A stretch of DNA of 64,000 nt, from assembly GCA_027366525.1 (NCBI GenBank), contig DAHXKG010000005.1:2575-66574 (forward strand). Direction: 5' to 3'. Made by a program: the position numbers and the translations under genes. The DNA is from a candidate division FCPU426 bacterium (GTDB lineage Bacteria; Oederibacteriota; Muellerivitia; Muellerivitales; DAHXKG01). Positions 1-10,461 of the stretch are shown here, one piece after another; the stretch's first letter is position 1, and each line of letters starts with the position of its first letter. Below the pieces are notes generated by a model. It worked only from the letters and a program-made list of their open reading frames with translations, did not search any database and was not told where the DNA came from.

Positions 1-194
1 TTTTTGCCCTAGTTGTACAGGCCTCTGGTTTTCTTATTGTCCTTATGGATGCGCTTCGAGGAACGTTTCATCATTCCTATATACCATCGTTTGTAGGGCT
101 TGCAGTTTTGTTGGCGGGAGCAGCTTTTTTGATGATGATGTTTCTTTCGGAGTCTCCCAAGATGACTCGATCATCTAAGTCCTCCCAAGCCTAG
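1..194 (+). CDS. partial CDS: C-terminal end of a hydrophobic (membrane) protein, 5' end outside window
   Basis: Frame 3 is open from the window edge to TAG at 192-194. Translated tail (...FVGLAVLLAGAAFLMMMFLSESPK...) is hydrophobic. Absent from ORF track because truncated. Confidence 0.3.
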   Translation, partial: FALVVQASGFLIVLMDALRGTFHHSYIPSFVGLAVLLAGAAFLMMMFLSESPKMTRSSKSSQA

Positions 195-2161
195 TTCAAG
201 TTAGGTATAGTATACAAAGGGAGCAGGATGATGTAAGTCGTTTGGATGGTAGTCTGATTTAGATCTCACTTAAATTGAACAGCATAAAATTACTTAGTTT
301 GGATTTTCATGTTGAACCTCTTTTGCTGATATAAATAAGACATCTTAGAGTCGCATAAACAAAAAAAATTAAAATGCTTGAAGCTGAAAGCGGAGACCTC
401 AATGGATGGAAGGATTTTAGATGGACTGTGAAGACTTTTAACATTGGATTCAAGATCCAATTTAGAAGTGCAAAAGTGGTTTTCGACGCAACTTAATTTC
501 CACCATGAATTTGATGAAATTTTCAGATTAGCCTAATCTATCCTACTTGATCGTCATATGGCAAGAATACATAATTTGTGATGATTTCCCTATTGTACCA
601 AGTCATCTTTAGTCGTCGGACTGGTTATGATAATGACAACGACGAAAAATGTTAATTTGAGATACCGCCATGCAAAAACAGTTGGAGAAAGAACTAAAAA
701 TCAACCAGCAGATTTAATGAACCAGATGGATATTTCAAGATAAATGTCCTTTAGATACATGAGAATTTTTTGAAAAGATGGGTATTAAAAAATCGAGTGA
801 CCAAGTTAAATTTCAGTTAACTGTTAAGACGAAGACAGGGGGTGGAAAGCAAAAGCTGCATGGATCAAGATAAACGATTGAGCGAGTGAACTTCTTGAGA
901 TTAAAGTAATCTAAGTCATGCAGTTCAATCATATTACGGGACGATGAGTCATCTCGATTGCATGTATTCCTACCCACCGTTTCAATACGCGAAAGGAATC
1001 CAAACAGGATTTAATGAAGGGGTTGAATTACCCGGAAGCAGTAGGGGATTTGAGTTCAAGGTGGAAATGAAACGAAGTATTGTTTTTTAATGGAACAGAA
1101 GCGGACGTATTTTAAAAAAGAGAACGAAGGAGTGGCGAGAAGCCAACCATGAAAGCGATGCGAAACACAAGTTGATGATGGATGGCGGTGGGTTAATGTG
1201 TGGAGGACGCGTGAAAGCACAAAGTCCAACGCTGGTTTCAACGGTGACGAATTCGGCGGATGACATGAGTGTGGGATGCTTGGGCATGGCGGTGAGTTTG
1301 GCGAGGAAACTCGAATTGAACTATGAAGTAGTGTGAGTAAGAGTCCGAGTTTGAATGGCGTTTCAGCTTTGTTGGGGATGGAATTTTACCCAACAAGTTG
1401 AGGAACATACTCGAGAGTGTCTAGATCAGTCTAGAATTGTTTTGACTTGATCTTGGGTCAATGAAAAGGATGATGACTTCTGGTCGGATAGAAATTTGCT
1501 CTATTTATTTTTGAATTTTCTCATCCACGTCTAGAAGTAGAGTGAATGTTGTTGTGAGAAGAAGAAACTAGGCTTAGGGTATTGTCATTAGAAAGAGGTG
1601 AAAGAAAATTAAAGATATTTATTGTACAGGTCGCTTCGTAATTGAAAAATCGATAGAATGCTAGCATGCGTTATTGAAATTTAGAGATGCAATAATGAAT
1701 ATATTTAAAGGCAGTAAAAACATTCAAGATTGCGTGACGGTTGCGATACATCCCAAGTTGCGTGCACGATGTATCAGATCATCCTAATAAAATGGATGAA
1801 GGAAATTGAAATTAAAAGAGATGATGTAGAACAAAGAAACCAACTTTAGTTTTTAAAATTTAAAGATCCGAGAGATGAGGACTAAGAATTATGAAATTTC
1901 ATTTTAATAGTGCATAAATTCCAGGGTGTGATTAACGATTTTAAATATGAAGAACGATTCAAGTTTGAAAATTTCATGGAATTCATATGTACTAACGAAA
2001 TAGCTATGCTATAATTTCAGGCATTTATGATCAAGCATAGCATCCGATTTCTGTTTTTGATTTTCAAAAAATAATATGGGTTTAAATGTGAGACTCAATC
2101 GAAGAACTATAAATGAATCAAACATGGATTAAAATATTTTTAAATTTTAAGGAGGAGCACT

Positions 2162-4330
2162 ATGGAGGTATTGCGTAGAAAAGTAGCATTGACCTTAGGA
2201 CAAAAACAAGGGCCGTTGGAGGAATATAAAGCAGAACCTGCTCAAGAAATTTATGGATCACTCGTTTTTAACGATGTGGCGCAAAGAAAATTTTTATCGA
2301 AAGATATTTATAAAAAACTTCGTTCAACCACTTTGAGTGGGGAACCCTTGGATGCATCGATTGCAGATCAGGTGGCCCAAGGGATGAAGGAATGGGCATT
2401 ATCACATGGTGCATCGCATTACACGCATTGGTTTATTCCAATGACGGGGTTGACGGCTGAGAAACATGATACATTTCTAGAACCAGGTTCAGATGGTGCG
2501 GCGCTAGCTGAATTTGATGGAAAGACCTTAATTAAAGGCGAACCTGACGCATCCTCGTTTCCATCAGGTGGGACGCGTTCTACTTTTGAGGCTCGCGGAT
2601 ATACGACATGGGATCCCACGTCGCCAGCTTTTATTCAAAAGGAAGTAAACGGAGCCACCTTAACAATCCCAACCGCTTTTGTTAGTTATACCGAAGAAGC
2701 ATTGGATTTCAAAATTCCACTTTTAAGATCCATTGAGGCGTTATCGACGCAAGCGATTCGTCTGCTTCGAATTTTTGGCAATAAGAGCACCAAGCGTGTT
2801 TTTACAACGATGGGTCCGGAACAGGAATATTTTTTAATTGATCGGAATTATTTCGAATTGCGTCCGGATTTGATTGCTTGTGGACGGACTCTTTTTGGGG
2901 CGCATCCCTATCGGGGTCAAGAATTGGAAGATCATTATTTTGGGGCTATTCGTGAACGTATTTTGGCTTATATGATGGATTTGGATCGGGAACTTTGGCG
3001 TTTGGGTATTCCGGCTAAAACGAGACATAATGAAGTGGCTCCCGCTCAATTTGAATTAGCACCTATTTTTGAAAAATCATCGATTGCGGCGGATCATAAT
3101 ATGATCGTGATGGAGCTTTTGCGTCGTGTAGCATTGCGCCATGGTTTGGTTTGTCTTTTGCATGAAAAGCCATTCGCTGGTATCAATGGGAATGGCAAAC
3201 ACAACAATTGGTCTATGGCTACAAATGAGGGAGAAAATCTGCTGGATCCAGGTCATACGCCGCATGAGAATGCACAATTTTTAACCTTTTTAGTGGCGGT
3301 GATTGCTGCGGTTGACAAATATGCTGAATTACTTCGAATTAGTGTTTCAGGTCCAGGCAATGATCATCGATTAGGTGCCAATGAAGCTCCACCAGCTATT
3401 ATTTCAGTATTTTTAGGCGAACAACTTGAAGATATTGTTAACCAACTTGAAAAAGGAAAAGTTTCAAGCAGTCGTAAGGGTGGCATATTAGAGTTGGAAA
3501 TTCCTACATTGCCTCCTTTGCCGAAAGATAGTACGGACAGGAATCGAACTTCACCATTTGCTTTTACTGGGAATAAGTTTGAATTTCGTGCGGTTGGATC
3601 AACTGCACCCATTTATTGGCCCAATACGGTTTTAAATACGATTGTAGCGGAATCTATTGATCGTATTGCCAGCGAACTTGAAAAGGGAAAAGGAGATTTA
3701 AAGCCACTTGCTGATATCCTGATGAAAGAGATCAAGGAGCATAAAAAAGTACTTTTTAGTGGTAATGGGTATAGTTCGGAATGGCATGAAGAGGCTCGCA
3801 AAAGAGGATTACCAAACTTGAAAACCACGGTGGATTGCTTAACGGTCATGCCTAAAAAGGAATATAGGGAATTATTTAAACGATATAAAGTTTTGAGCGG
3901 GAAGGAGTACGAAAGTCGCGAGGAAATTATGTGGGAGCGTTATGTCAAGATTTTGAATATTGAAGCTAACGCCACCGTCGATATTGCAAGGAACCAGATT
4001 TTACCCGTGGTTCTTTCCTATCAAAACAAATTAGCATCAACTATTCAAGCCACCCAATCAGTTGTTGAAGTTCATCAACGAGGACAAGTTGCCTTGCTTG
4101 AGAAATTGGTCGAGGAGGCCAGCCAGCTATATGAGGCGGTACAATCACTGGACAAATCAATTGAAAAAGCCAATCAATTCAGTTCGCTACATCAAATGGC
4201 GGCTGCATTTAAGGATGGTGTGATTCCGGAAATGGATAAGGTTCGAAAAATTGTGGATGGACTCGAAGAGCAGATTGATGATGCGCTTTGGCCACTTCCT
4301 AAATATCGAGAGATGCTTTTTCAATATTAA
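2162..4330 (+). CDS. glnN: glutamine synthetase type III (GSIII)
   Basis: 722 aa. GSIII-type N-terminus ([28 protein letters not shown]), catalytic core motifs ([32 protein letters not shown]). Length typical of GlnN. GGAGG RBS 8 nt upstream. Confidence 0.9.
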   Translation: MEVLRRKVALTLGQKQGPLEEYKAEPAQEIYGSLVFNDVAQRKFLSKDIYKKLRSTTLSGEPLDASIADQVAQGMKEWALSHGASHYTHWFIPMTGLTAEKHDTFLEPGSDGAALAEFDGKTLIKGEPDASSFPSGGTRSTFEARGYTTWDPTSPAFIQKEVNGATLTIPTAFVSYTEEALDFKIPLLRSIEALSTQAIRLLRIFGNKSTKRVFTTMGPEQEYFLIDRNYFELRPDLIACGRTLFGAHPYRGQELEDHYFGAIRERILAYMMDLDRELWRLGIPAKTRHNEVAPAQFELAPIFEKSSIAADHNMIVMELLRRVALRHGLVCLLHEKPFAGINGNGKHNNWSMATNEGENLLDPGHTPHENAQFLTFLVAVIAAVDKYAELLRISVSGPGNDHRLGANEAPPAIISVFLGEQLEDIVNQLEKGKVSSSRKGGILELEIPTLPPLPKDSTDRNRTSPFAFTGNKFEFRAVGSTAPIYWPNTVLNTIVAESIDRIASELEKGKGDLKPLADILMKEIKEHKKVLFSGNGYSSEWHEEARKRGLPNLKTTVDCLTVMPKKEYRELFKRYKVLSGKEYESREEIMWERYVKILNIEANATVDIARNQILPVVLSYQNKLASTIQATQSVVEVHQRGQVALLEKLVEEASQLYEAVQSLDKSIEKANQFSSLHQMAAAFKDGVIPEMDKVRKIVDGLEEQIDDALWPLPKYREMLFQY

Positions 4331-4366
4331 AAATTAACCGATTGAAATTTTCCAAATGTATGAAAG

Positions 4367-4421
4367 GGGCCCTGAAAAGAGGGTTCCTTTCAGCCTTTGG
4401 AAATCGGGTGTTTTTTTTTAA
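4367..4421 (+). terminator. probable Rho-independent terminator after glnN
   Basis: Imperfect GC hairpin (GAAAGGGGCCC...GGGTTCCTTTC) followed by a T9 run at 4412-4420. Confidence 0.45.
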
Positions 4422-4468
4422 AAAGGACTTGTAATTATTTTAGAATATTAGTATTATCTGATTAAAGG

Positions 4469-4765
4469 ATGGTTATGGAAAAGCTTGCAGCTCAAACTCA
4501 ACATACCGCTTATTGTATCAAGGCGATTGCTCATCCGGTGCGGTTGTCGATTTTAATGGCCTTATCTGAACATGAGAAAAACGTTCAGGAATTAACCCAG
4601 ACCATTGGAACCACTCAATCCAACATCTCACAACATCTTTTCCAGATGAAAGCCAGAGATGTCTTGATCGCTCGACGGGAGGGCAATATGACATATTACT
4701 CGATCCGGAACTCTAAAGTGATCAAGCTGGTTGAGTTGATGAAAGAGATTTTCTGTAATCAATAG
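4469..4765 (+). CDS. ArsR/SmtB family transcriptional regulator
   Basis: 98 aa. Winged HTH signature (IAHPVRLSILMALSEHEKNVQELTQTIGTTQSNISQHLFQMKARDVLIARREGNMTYYSI). Confidence 0.8.
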   Translation: MVMEKLAAQTQHTAYCIKAIAHPVRLSILMALSEHEKNVQELTQTIGTTQSNISQHLFQMKARDVLIARREGNMTYYSIRNSKVIKLVELMKEIFCNQ

Positions 4766-4824
4766 TTTTTTTAAAAAGTTATAATATAAGCATTTGATAA
4801 TAATCTTATATAAAGGAGAAAAAA

Positions 4825-5139
4825 ATGACAAAGGAATTTACAACGTCGAATTGGCAAACCGATGTTTTAGAATCAACGAAGCCTGTTTTGGTGGATGTGT
4901 GGGCGCCGTGGTGTGGACCTTGCCGTATGCAAGGACCGATTGTTGAAAAAATTTCTGAGGAAGTAGGTGCGGAAGCGATCGTTGGGAAGTTAAACAGCGA
5001 TGATTACCCGGAGATTGCTGCCCAATATGGGATCCGCGGTATTCCGACGTTAATGATTTTTAATAAGGGAAAACTTCAAAAAACATTTGTTGGGGTAACA
5101 GGACCCGACGTTTTGAAGTCTGCTTTGCTAAAAAAGTAA
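4825..5139 (+). CDS. trxA: thioredoxin
   Basis: 104 aa with WCGPC active site and thioredoxin fold length. AAGGAG RBS. Confidence 0.9.
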   Translation: MTKEFTTSNWQTDVLESTKPVLVDVWAPWCGPCRMQGPIVEKISEEVGAEAIVGKLNSDDYPEIAAQYGIRGIPTLMIFNKGKLQKTFVGVTGPDVLKSALLKK

Positions 5140-5163
5140 TAACGATCTATCTGGGAGAAAGGC

Positions 5164-5370
5164 ATGACCATGAAAATCAATATTCAACGATGGGAACGAG
5201 CTGGGAGAATTATTGTAGGCTTGGTGCTGATTAGTTTTGTGTTTTGGGGTCCCCACAGTAATTGGTTTTGGCTAGGCTTAATACCGCTGATGACAGGATT
5301 TGTGGGTGTGTGTCCACTCTACTCGGTTTGTCGCATGAACACGAGCAGTCGCAATCCCGCTAAAAAGTAG
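5164..5370 (+). CDS. DUF2892 (YgaP-like) small membrane protein
   Basis: 68 aa. N-terminal QRWERAGRIIVGLVLI signature and two hydrophobic segments typical of DUF2892. Confidence 0.6.
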   Translation: MTMKINIQRWERAGRIIVGLVLISFVFWGPHSNWFWLGLIPLMTGFVGVCPLYSVCRMNTSSRNPAKK

Positions 5371-5470
5371 TGCGGTCAAACACAAGACATTGGGTGACTT
5401 GCCAACGAAAAATTTGGGCGTAGTCGAAGGCGTCACTCAATGAACCTGGGGTGGCCTATTCAAAAAGTTT

Positions 5471-6325
5471 TTGAAAGATTTGAACCCACATGTGATACAA
5501 TGCCTGCCAACAGTTGGAGACTCGTCATTAAAAAAGGATGGCATGAGCAACGCACCCAATAATCCCCCGTTACACCTTGTAATTGGGACGCCTTGTTATG
5601 GCGGGCAAGTCACCACGATTTTTACACGATCGCTGTTGAAATTACAAAATGCATGTTTTCAAAAAAGAATTATTCTAAGTACAAAACTATTGTGGGGCGA
5701 TGCACTCATTACGAGAGCGCGCCAGAATATTGTGGGACATTTTTTAGAAGATGCGACGGCAACCCATCTGTTGTTTGTCGATGCCGATATCGGATTTGAG
5801 CCGGATCAGGTTTTTCGATTGATGGAATTCAATGAGCCAGTTACGGCAGCTATTTATCCAACCAAACGGATTGACTGGGATCGGTTACGCGTGCTTGCTT
5901 CAGCGGGCTATAAAGACTTAGAATCGATCTCGTTAGCTTATGTGATTGAATTTGAGGATCCTAAAAATGTGATCCGAAAAAATGGATTTGCCCAAGTTAA
6001 ATATGTGGGAACCGGGTTTTTAATGATTCAACGAAATGCCTTGATTCAGATGATTCAAAAATATCCTGAATTGCATTATACGCGGGAACATCGAGCTTTG
6101 GATGAGTTGCAGGCAAGTCCATGGCGGTCGGCTATTTTTAATTGTATGATTGATGAACACGGGTTTTACTTAAGTGAAGATTATAGTTTTTGCCGCCGCT
6201 GGACGGATATGGGCGGGAAAATTTGGGCGGATTTACACAGTCGTCTCGTTCATTTTGGATCGATGAGTTTTAAAGGCGATTTAGCAACACAAATTTCCGA
6301 TAATTCCAATCTTCCGGTATCTTGA
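5471..6325 (+). CDS. putative GT-A fold glycosyltransferase (DxD)
   Basis: 284 aa. GTPCYGG...THLLFVDADIGFEPDQV with a DAD motif after a hydrophobic beta-strand, resembling GT-A family transferases. Weak assignment. Confidence 0.4.
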   Translation: MKDLNPHVIQCLPTVGDSSLKKDGMSNAPNNPPLHLVIGTPCYGGQVTTIFTRSLLKLQNACFQKRIILSTKLLWGDALITRARQNIVGHFLEDATATHLLFVDADIGFEPDQVFRLMEFNEPVTAAIYPTKRIDWDRLRVLASAGYKDLESISLAYVIEFEDPKNVIRKNGFAQVKYVGTGFLMIQRNALIQMIQKYPELHYTREHRALDELQASPWRSAIFNCMIDEHGFYLSEDYSFCRRWTDMGGKIWADLHSRLVHFGSMSFKGDLATQISDNSNLPVS

Positions 6326-6495
6326 AATAGGGCGGACGATGATCCGCGGACGCTTGGAAAATTCAGAAAAATACAGCGAGCATGTCTATTCACTTGACAA
6401 AACTCGACCACTCTCTCTAAAATCAACCTCTTAGCTTTGATAAGGGTTTAAAGCTTTGGGCCAAGAGCCATAAATTAAATTATTATCTAAGGAGA

Positions 6496-6747
6496 ATGAG
6501 CGCGGTGTCCGTTAAAATCCGATTGAAACGCATGGGCAATAGCAAACGACCAATTTATCGAATTATTGTAATTGATTCGCGATTTTCTGGCAAGGGTCGC
6601 CGAGTGGATGATTTAGGAACCTATAATCCACGTCGATCTGATCAGCCGGTGATTAATTTCAAAAAAGAGTCCGTTCTGGAATGGATCAAAAAAGGGGCGA
6701 TCCCATCCGAATCGGTACGGACACTCTTGAAAAATTCCAAAGTTTAA
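6496..6747 (+). CDS. rpsP: 30S ribosomal protein S16
   Basis: VKIRLKRMGNSKRPIYRIIVIDSRFSGKGRRVDDLGTYNP is the canonical S16 N-terminus. Real start may be the GTG/ATG a few codons in. Confidence 0.9.
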   Translation: MSAVSVKIRLKRMGNSKRPIYRIIVIDSRFSGKGRRVDDLGTYNPRRSDQPVINFKKESVLEWIKKGAIPSESVRTLLKNSKV

Positions 6748-6774
6748 AATTTTAACAATGATCGAGGTTGGAGG

Positions 6775-7005
6775 ATGAAGTTATTAATTGAATTTGTCAC
6801 CAAATCATTGGTGGACAAACCCGAAGAAGTAGTGATTCAAGAACGCATGGAAGGGACGATGAAAATATTGGAGTTGCGTGTTGCCAAGGATGATTATGGC
6901 AAGATTATTGGGAAACAGGGACAGACGGTCAAAGCCATGCGAACACTGTTATCAGCCGCTTGCAATAAAAATGGTTTGAAATATACCTTGGAAGTCGTTG
7001 AATAA
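6775..7005 (+). CDS. KH-domain RNA-binding protein (UPF0109/YlqC-like)
   Basis: 76 aa. GKIIGKQGQTVKAMRTLL KH motif. Conserved position between rpsP and rimM. Confidence 0.8.
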   Translation: MKLLIEFVTKSLVDKPEEVVIQERMEGTMKILELRVAKDDYGKIIGKQGQTVKAMRTLLSAACNKNGLKYTLEVVE

Positions 7006-7528
7006 TTCGCTTCCCGAAGGATATGTCGCATTAGCTCAGGTGATGAGGCCTCAAGGGTTGAAAGGGGATCTCAAGATTCACTTGTTGTGTTCGGGTATTG
7101 AACGTCTTCAAGCTTGTGCGGATCTGAAAATATTTCATTCCACCCAAGGGTTGATTTCTGTGGCAATGACCACGGCGGCGGTTCGTCCGGATGGATATGG
7201 CGTGATTCATTTAAAGGAAGTCACCAATCGATCCGAGGCTGAAAAACTTCGAGAGGCTTTTCTCGTCATCCAAGCAGACCAGACAGTTTCGCTTGCAGCC
7301 GATACCTTTTTTATCCATGATTTATTGGGATTGCAAGTTGAAACGATTCAGGGCGAAGATTTAGGAATCGTAACCGAGATGCTTGAATTGCCCGCGAATT
7401 GGGTATTTCTTGTTCAAAAAGGGAATCAAGAAACACTGATCCCCAGTTTGAAATCGATGATTCGACACGTGGATTTGAAAAAAAGAAAAATGATTGTCGC
7501 ATTGCCCGAATTTTTAGAGGCTCAGTAG
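6998..7528 (+). CDS. rimM: 16S rRNA processing protein RimM
   Basis: 176 aa. GYVALAQVMRPQGLKGDLKI N-terminal RimM motif, PRC barrel C-terminus. Operon context. Confidence 0.85.
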   Translation: MNNSLPEGYVALAQVMRPQGLKGDLKIHLLCSGIERLQACADLKIFHSTQGLISVAMTTAAVRPDGYGVIHLKEVTNRSEAEKLREAFLVIQADQTVSLAADTFFIHDLLGLQVETIQGEDLGIVTEMLELPANWVFLVQKGNQETLIPSLKSMIRHVDLKKRKMIVALPEFLEAQ

Positions 7529-7538
7529 GAGCGGGAGG

Positions 7539-8258
7539 ATGGCACTTCGGATTGATATTTTGACGCTGTTTCCCGATTATTTTTCAAGCCCTTTTTCGGT
7601 CAGTTTAATTAAACGGGCGATTGAAAAAAATTTGATTGATATTCGAACCCATAATTTGCGACAATACTGTTTGGACAAGCATCAAACGGCAGATGATGTT
7701 TCTTATGGTGGCGGAGCCGGGATGGTGTTGAAACCCGAGCCAATGGCTAGGGCGATACGACAGATTATAAAAAAACGAAAAACGACCGTGATTTACTTGT
7801 CCCCGCAAGGGCAGGTTTTTAATCATGCGTGGGCGATGGAACTATCAAGGCGCCGATCGATGTTCTTGATTTGTGGGCATTATGAAGGAATCGATGAGCG
7901 GATCGTTGATAAATATGTGGATGAGGAGATAAGTTTAGGTGATTTTGTGATGACCGGAGGAGAACCTGCGGCCGCTGCTATTGTCGATGCGGTCGTTCGT
8001 TTGCGGCCGGGTGTGGTCCAATCGGTTGAATCGATCGAAAAAGACAGTTTTTATGATGGTGGGTTGGACTATCCCCATTATACGAAACCAAGACAATTTG
8101 AAAAAATGGACGTTCCGTCGGTGCTTCTTTCAGGGAACCATCTACAAATCCAACAATGGAGAAGAAAGGCAGCTTTGAAGAAGACCCAAAGTCGTCGACC
8201 AGATCTTTTTCAAAAGATGATGTTATCGGACGAAGATCGAAAATTATTAAGTGAATAG
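7539..8258 (+). CDS. trmD: tRNA (guanine37-N1)-methyltransferase
   Basis: 239 aa. MALRIDILTLFPDYF and GGGAGMV, YEGIDERI SPOUT motifs. Confidence 0.9.
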   Translation: MALRIDILTLFPDYFSSPFSVSLIKRAIEKNLIDIRTHNLRQYCLDKHQTADDVSYGGGAGMVLKPEPMARAIRQIIKKRKTTVIYLSPQGQVFNHAWAMELSRRRSMFLICGHYEGIDERIVDKYVDEEISLGDFVMTGGEPAAAAIVDAVVRLRPGVVQSVESIEKDSFYDGGLDYPHYTKPRQFEKMDVPSVLLSGNHLQIQQWRRKAALKKTQSRRPDLFQKMMLSDEDRKLLSE

Positions 8259-8300
8259 TTAGGCCAGACAGTCAACTGATATTTGAAGGGGGAATAGGTT

Positions 8301-8783
8301 ATGAATAGTGTTGTTCAGGCATTTGAGAATTCAAAAATAATTCGAGCGGAAGTTCCGTTTCGAATTGGAGATACGGTTAAAGTTTCGCTCCGAATCAAGG
8401 AAGGCGAAAAAGAACGAATTCAGATTTTCGAAGGTGTAGTCATTGCCATCAAAGGTAAAGGTGGTTCCATGCGCTTTACCGTTCGAAAAATTTCCTATGG
8501 TGTTGGAGCTGAGAAAAGCTTTTTTTATCAATCCCCCATGATTAAGGATATTAAGGTCATTCGATCGGGGAAAATTCGTCGAGCCAAATTGTTCTATTTG
8601 CGTGAAAAGACGAGTAAAAAAGATATCCGCATTGAAGAAAGTAAGAAAACCGGATTCAAATCGGCTCCGGGGGCTCCATCCAATACATCGGAATCATCAG
8701 AAGTGATTTCAACGCCTATCCCTGAAACTCCCACGGTCGACGCCACATCGGCTCCTGCTCCCTCCGATCCTCCCAAGGCTTAG
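8301..8783 (+). CDS. rplS: 50S ribosomal protein L19 with ~45-aa Ser/Thr/Pro-rich C-terminal extension
   Basis: N-terminal 115 aa is canonical L19 (IRAEVPFRIGDTVKV...RKISYGVGAEKSF...IRSGKIRRAKLFYLR). Tail is SAPGAPSNTSESSEVISTPIPETPTVDATSAPAPSDPPKA. Confidence 0.85.
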   Translation: MNSVVQAFENSKIIRAEVPFRIGDTVKVSLRIKEGEKERIQIFEGVVIAIKGKGGSMRFTVRKISYGVGAEKSFFYQSPMIKDIKVIRSGKIRRAKLFYLREKTSKKDIRIEESKKTGFKSAPGAPSNTSESSEVISTPIPETPTVDATSAPAPSDPPKA

Positions 8784-8844
8784 TTCGCATCCTGTATTGA
8801 TTAGGACTGCTGAGCAACTTGGGAAGGGTGGTTGATAAAATTTA

Positions 8845-10461
8845 GTGGGTAGGTTCAAGATGGGCTTTCAAAAGCCGTGGAGAAAATTAATCGTCAACTT
8901 TTCTATTCTTTTCATCACCCTTTTGGGCTTGGAATGGGGGTGTACAGGCTCAGGCGCCATTAACCCACTTTCGCCTCAAGCCGCCACCATTACGGCAGCC
9001 TCTTCGACATCTTCCGGCTCTGCTCAAATTCATTGGAGTTCGGTTCCGGTTTTTCCCACCACGACGCAAACATTGAATGGTGTCTTTATGTTAAGCTCGC
9101 AAGACGGGTGGGCATGTGGAAATAATGGCGTGATTTTACGATACAATGGAACCTCGTGGGCTAAACAAACATTGCCGTTCCCGGATCCGGGAAATTTATT
9201 TTCGATTTCATTTGCGGATAGTCAGGATGGATTTGCGGTGGGTTCCAATGGCGTGATTCTATATTATCATGATGGGACTTGGGCCGAAGAACAATCCCCA
9301 ACCCAAAATACCTTATATGCCATTACTGTAACGCCTGAAATGACGGCTTGGGCTGTGGGAGCGGAAGGGACTGTTTTGAATTTTAATGGCTCGACCTGGC
9401 AACAAGTGACCATTCCCAATGTAACCCAAAATTTGTATGGCGTGAGTTTATCGAGTTTAAGCAATGGATTGATTGTGGGAAGCCAGGGAACAATTTTGAG
9501 ATACAATGGCCAAGAGTGGAGTTTATTTGGATCCAATGTTTCAACAGAACGATTAAATGCAGTCTATACCACAAGTGATTCAGAGGCCTGGGCCGTCGGC
9601 GCCTTTGGAACGATTTTGGAGTTTAATGGCACCACGTGGAGTTCACAACTAACTCCTGCGACCGGCACGGATCTTTTGGATGTCTATGTGCCCAACAGTT
9701 CAGAAGGATGGGCGGTAGGAACGCAGGGTCAGTTTCTATACTTTGATGGCGATCGGTGGATTCTGGAAGAAGCCGCTAAAAATCGTCCAACACTTAATGC
9801 AATCAGTTTTACTCGGGGCAATACAGGATTTACCGTTGGCCAAACTGGGTCGGTTTTTAAATACTATAGTCATTTAACAAAACGGTATAAATTAACCTTA
9901 GTTGGAAAGGTTTTAAAAAAAGAATTAAAACCGTTTGTTGCATGGAAAATCCAATACACGATTCAAAATATTGGAAACCAAAATTCACCGGAATTTACGT
10001 ATCAGGTGAAACTGCCATTTCAATTATCTCCGTTGCAAATTCCTACTCCAACCCCGACGCCCTTGCTCAATACAACCATGAGTGAAAAGATTGTTCATTT
10101 TATTTCCAATAAATTGGATCTAAACCACCCCACCGTAACACCAACTCCTGTGGTCATGCAAGCACGTCAAAACTGGAATTATTCGAATCGCCAATTGGTT
10201 TGGCCCCTGTCTATTCTGAAGCCCGGTGGCGTAGTGCAATTAAACTTGCTGTTGAAAGATACCCGGCCTGTGACCATCAAAAAGATTGCCTCTTTAAAAG
10301 CCATATTGATGATTCACCAAAAAGCGAAGATCCAAGCGCCGATTTTGTTTTTAATTCCACCCAAAATTAAAAAGCAAGCTTTGAGACGTTCCATTCAAAT
10401 CAAAGCCTTGCGTCAACAGGAACAGGATATTTTAAATGCCATCCCATCGCCCTCTGAATGA
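8845..10461 (+). CDS. secreted Ycf48/BNR-like beta-propeller protein with Thr/Pro linker
   Basis: 538 aa. N-terminal TM/signal segment. Six repeats of GWA(V/C)G..G.IL.(Y/F)NG..W (Ycf48-like photosystem II assembly factor-type propeller blades). TPTPTP linker. C-terminal domain of unknown function. Confidence 0.6.
   Translation: MGRFKMGFQKPWRKLIVNFSILFITLLGLEWGCTGSGAINPLSPQAATITAASSTSSGSAQIHWSSVPVFPTTTQTLNGVFMLSSQDGWACGNNGVILRYNGTSWAKQTLPFPDPGNLFSISFADSQDGFAVGSNGVILYYHDGTWAEEQSPTQNTLYAITVTPEMTAWAVGAEGTVLNFNGSTWQQVTIPNVTQNLYGVSLSSLSNGLIVGSQGTILRYNGQEWSLFGSNVSTERLNAVYTTSDSEAWAVGAFGTILEFNGTTWSSQLTPATGTDLLDVYVPNSSEGWAVGTQGQFLYFDGDRWILEEAAKNRPTLNAISFTRGNTGFTVGQTGSVFKYYSHLTKRYKLTLVGKVLKKELKPFVAWKIQYTIQNIGNQNSPEFTYQVKLPFQLSPLQIPTPTPTPLLNTTMSEKIVHFISNKLDLNHPTVTPTPVVMQARQNWNYSNRQLVWPLSILKPGGVVQLNLLLKDTRPVTIKKIASLKAILMIHQKAKIQAPILFLIPPKIKKQALRRSIQIKALRQQEQDILNAIPSPSE

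Noticed and set aside
1030-1075. Possible glutamine-riboswitch-like motif (CGGAAGCAGUAGGGGAUUUGAGUUCAAGGUGGAA) upstream of glnN
   Set aside because: The resemblance is only to half-remembered consensus fragments of the glnA/Downstream-peptide RNA motifs. The site lies ~1.1 kb from the glnN start, and I cannot verify the pseudoknot or E-loop by eye. A covariance-model scan would be needed.
1056-1287. Two overlapping minus-strand ORFs (61 and 66 aa) in the 2-kb non-coding region
   Set aside because: Pro/His/Ser-rich translations antisense to a purine-rich strand. No RBS. They overlap each other in different frames. Probably chance.
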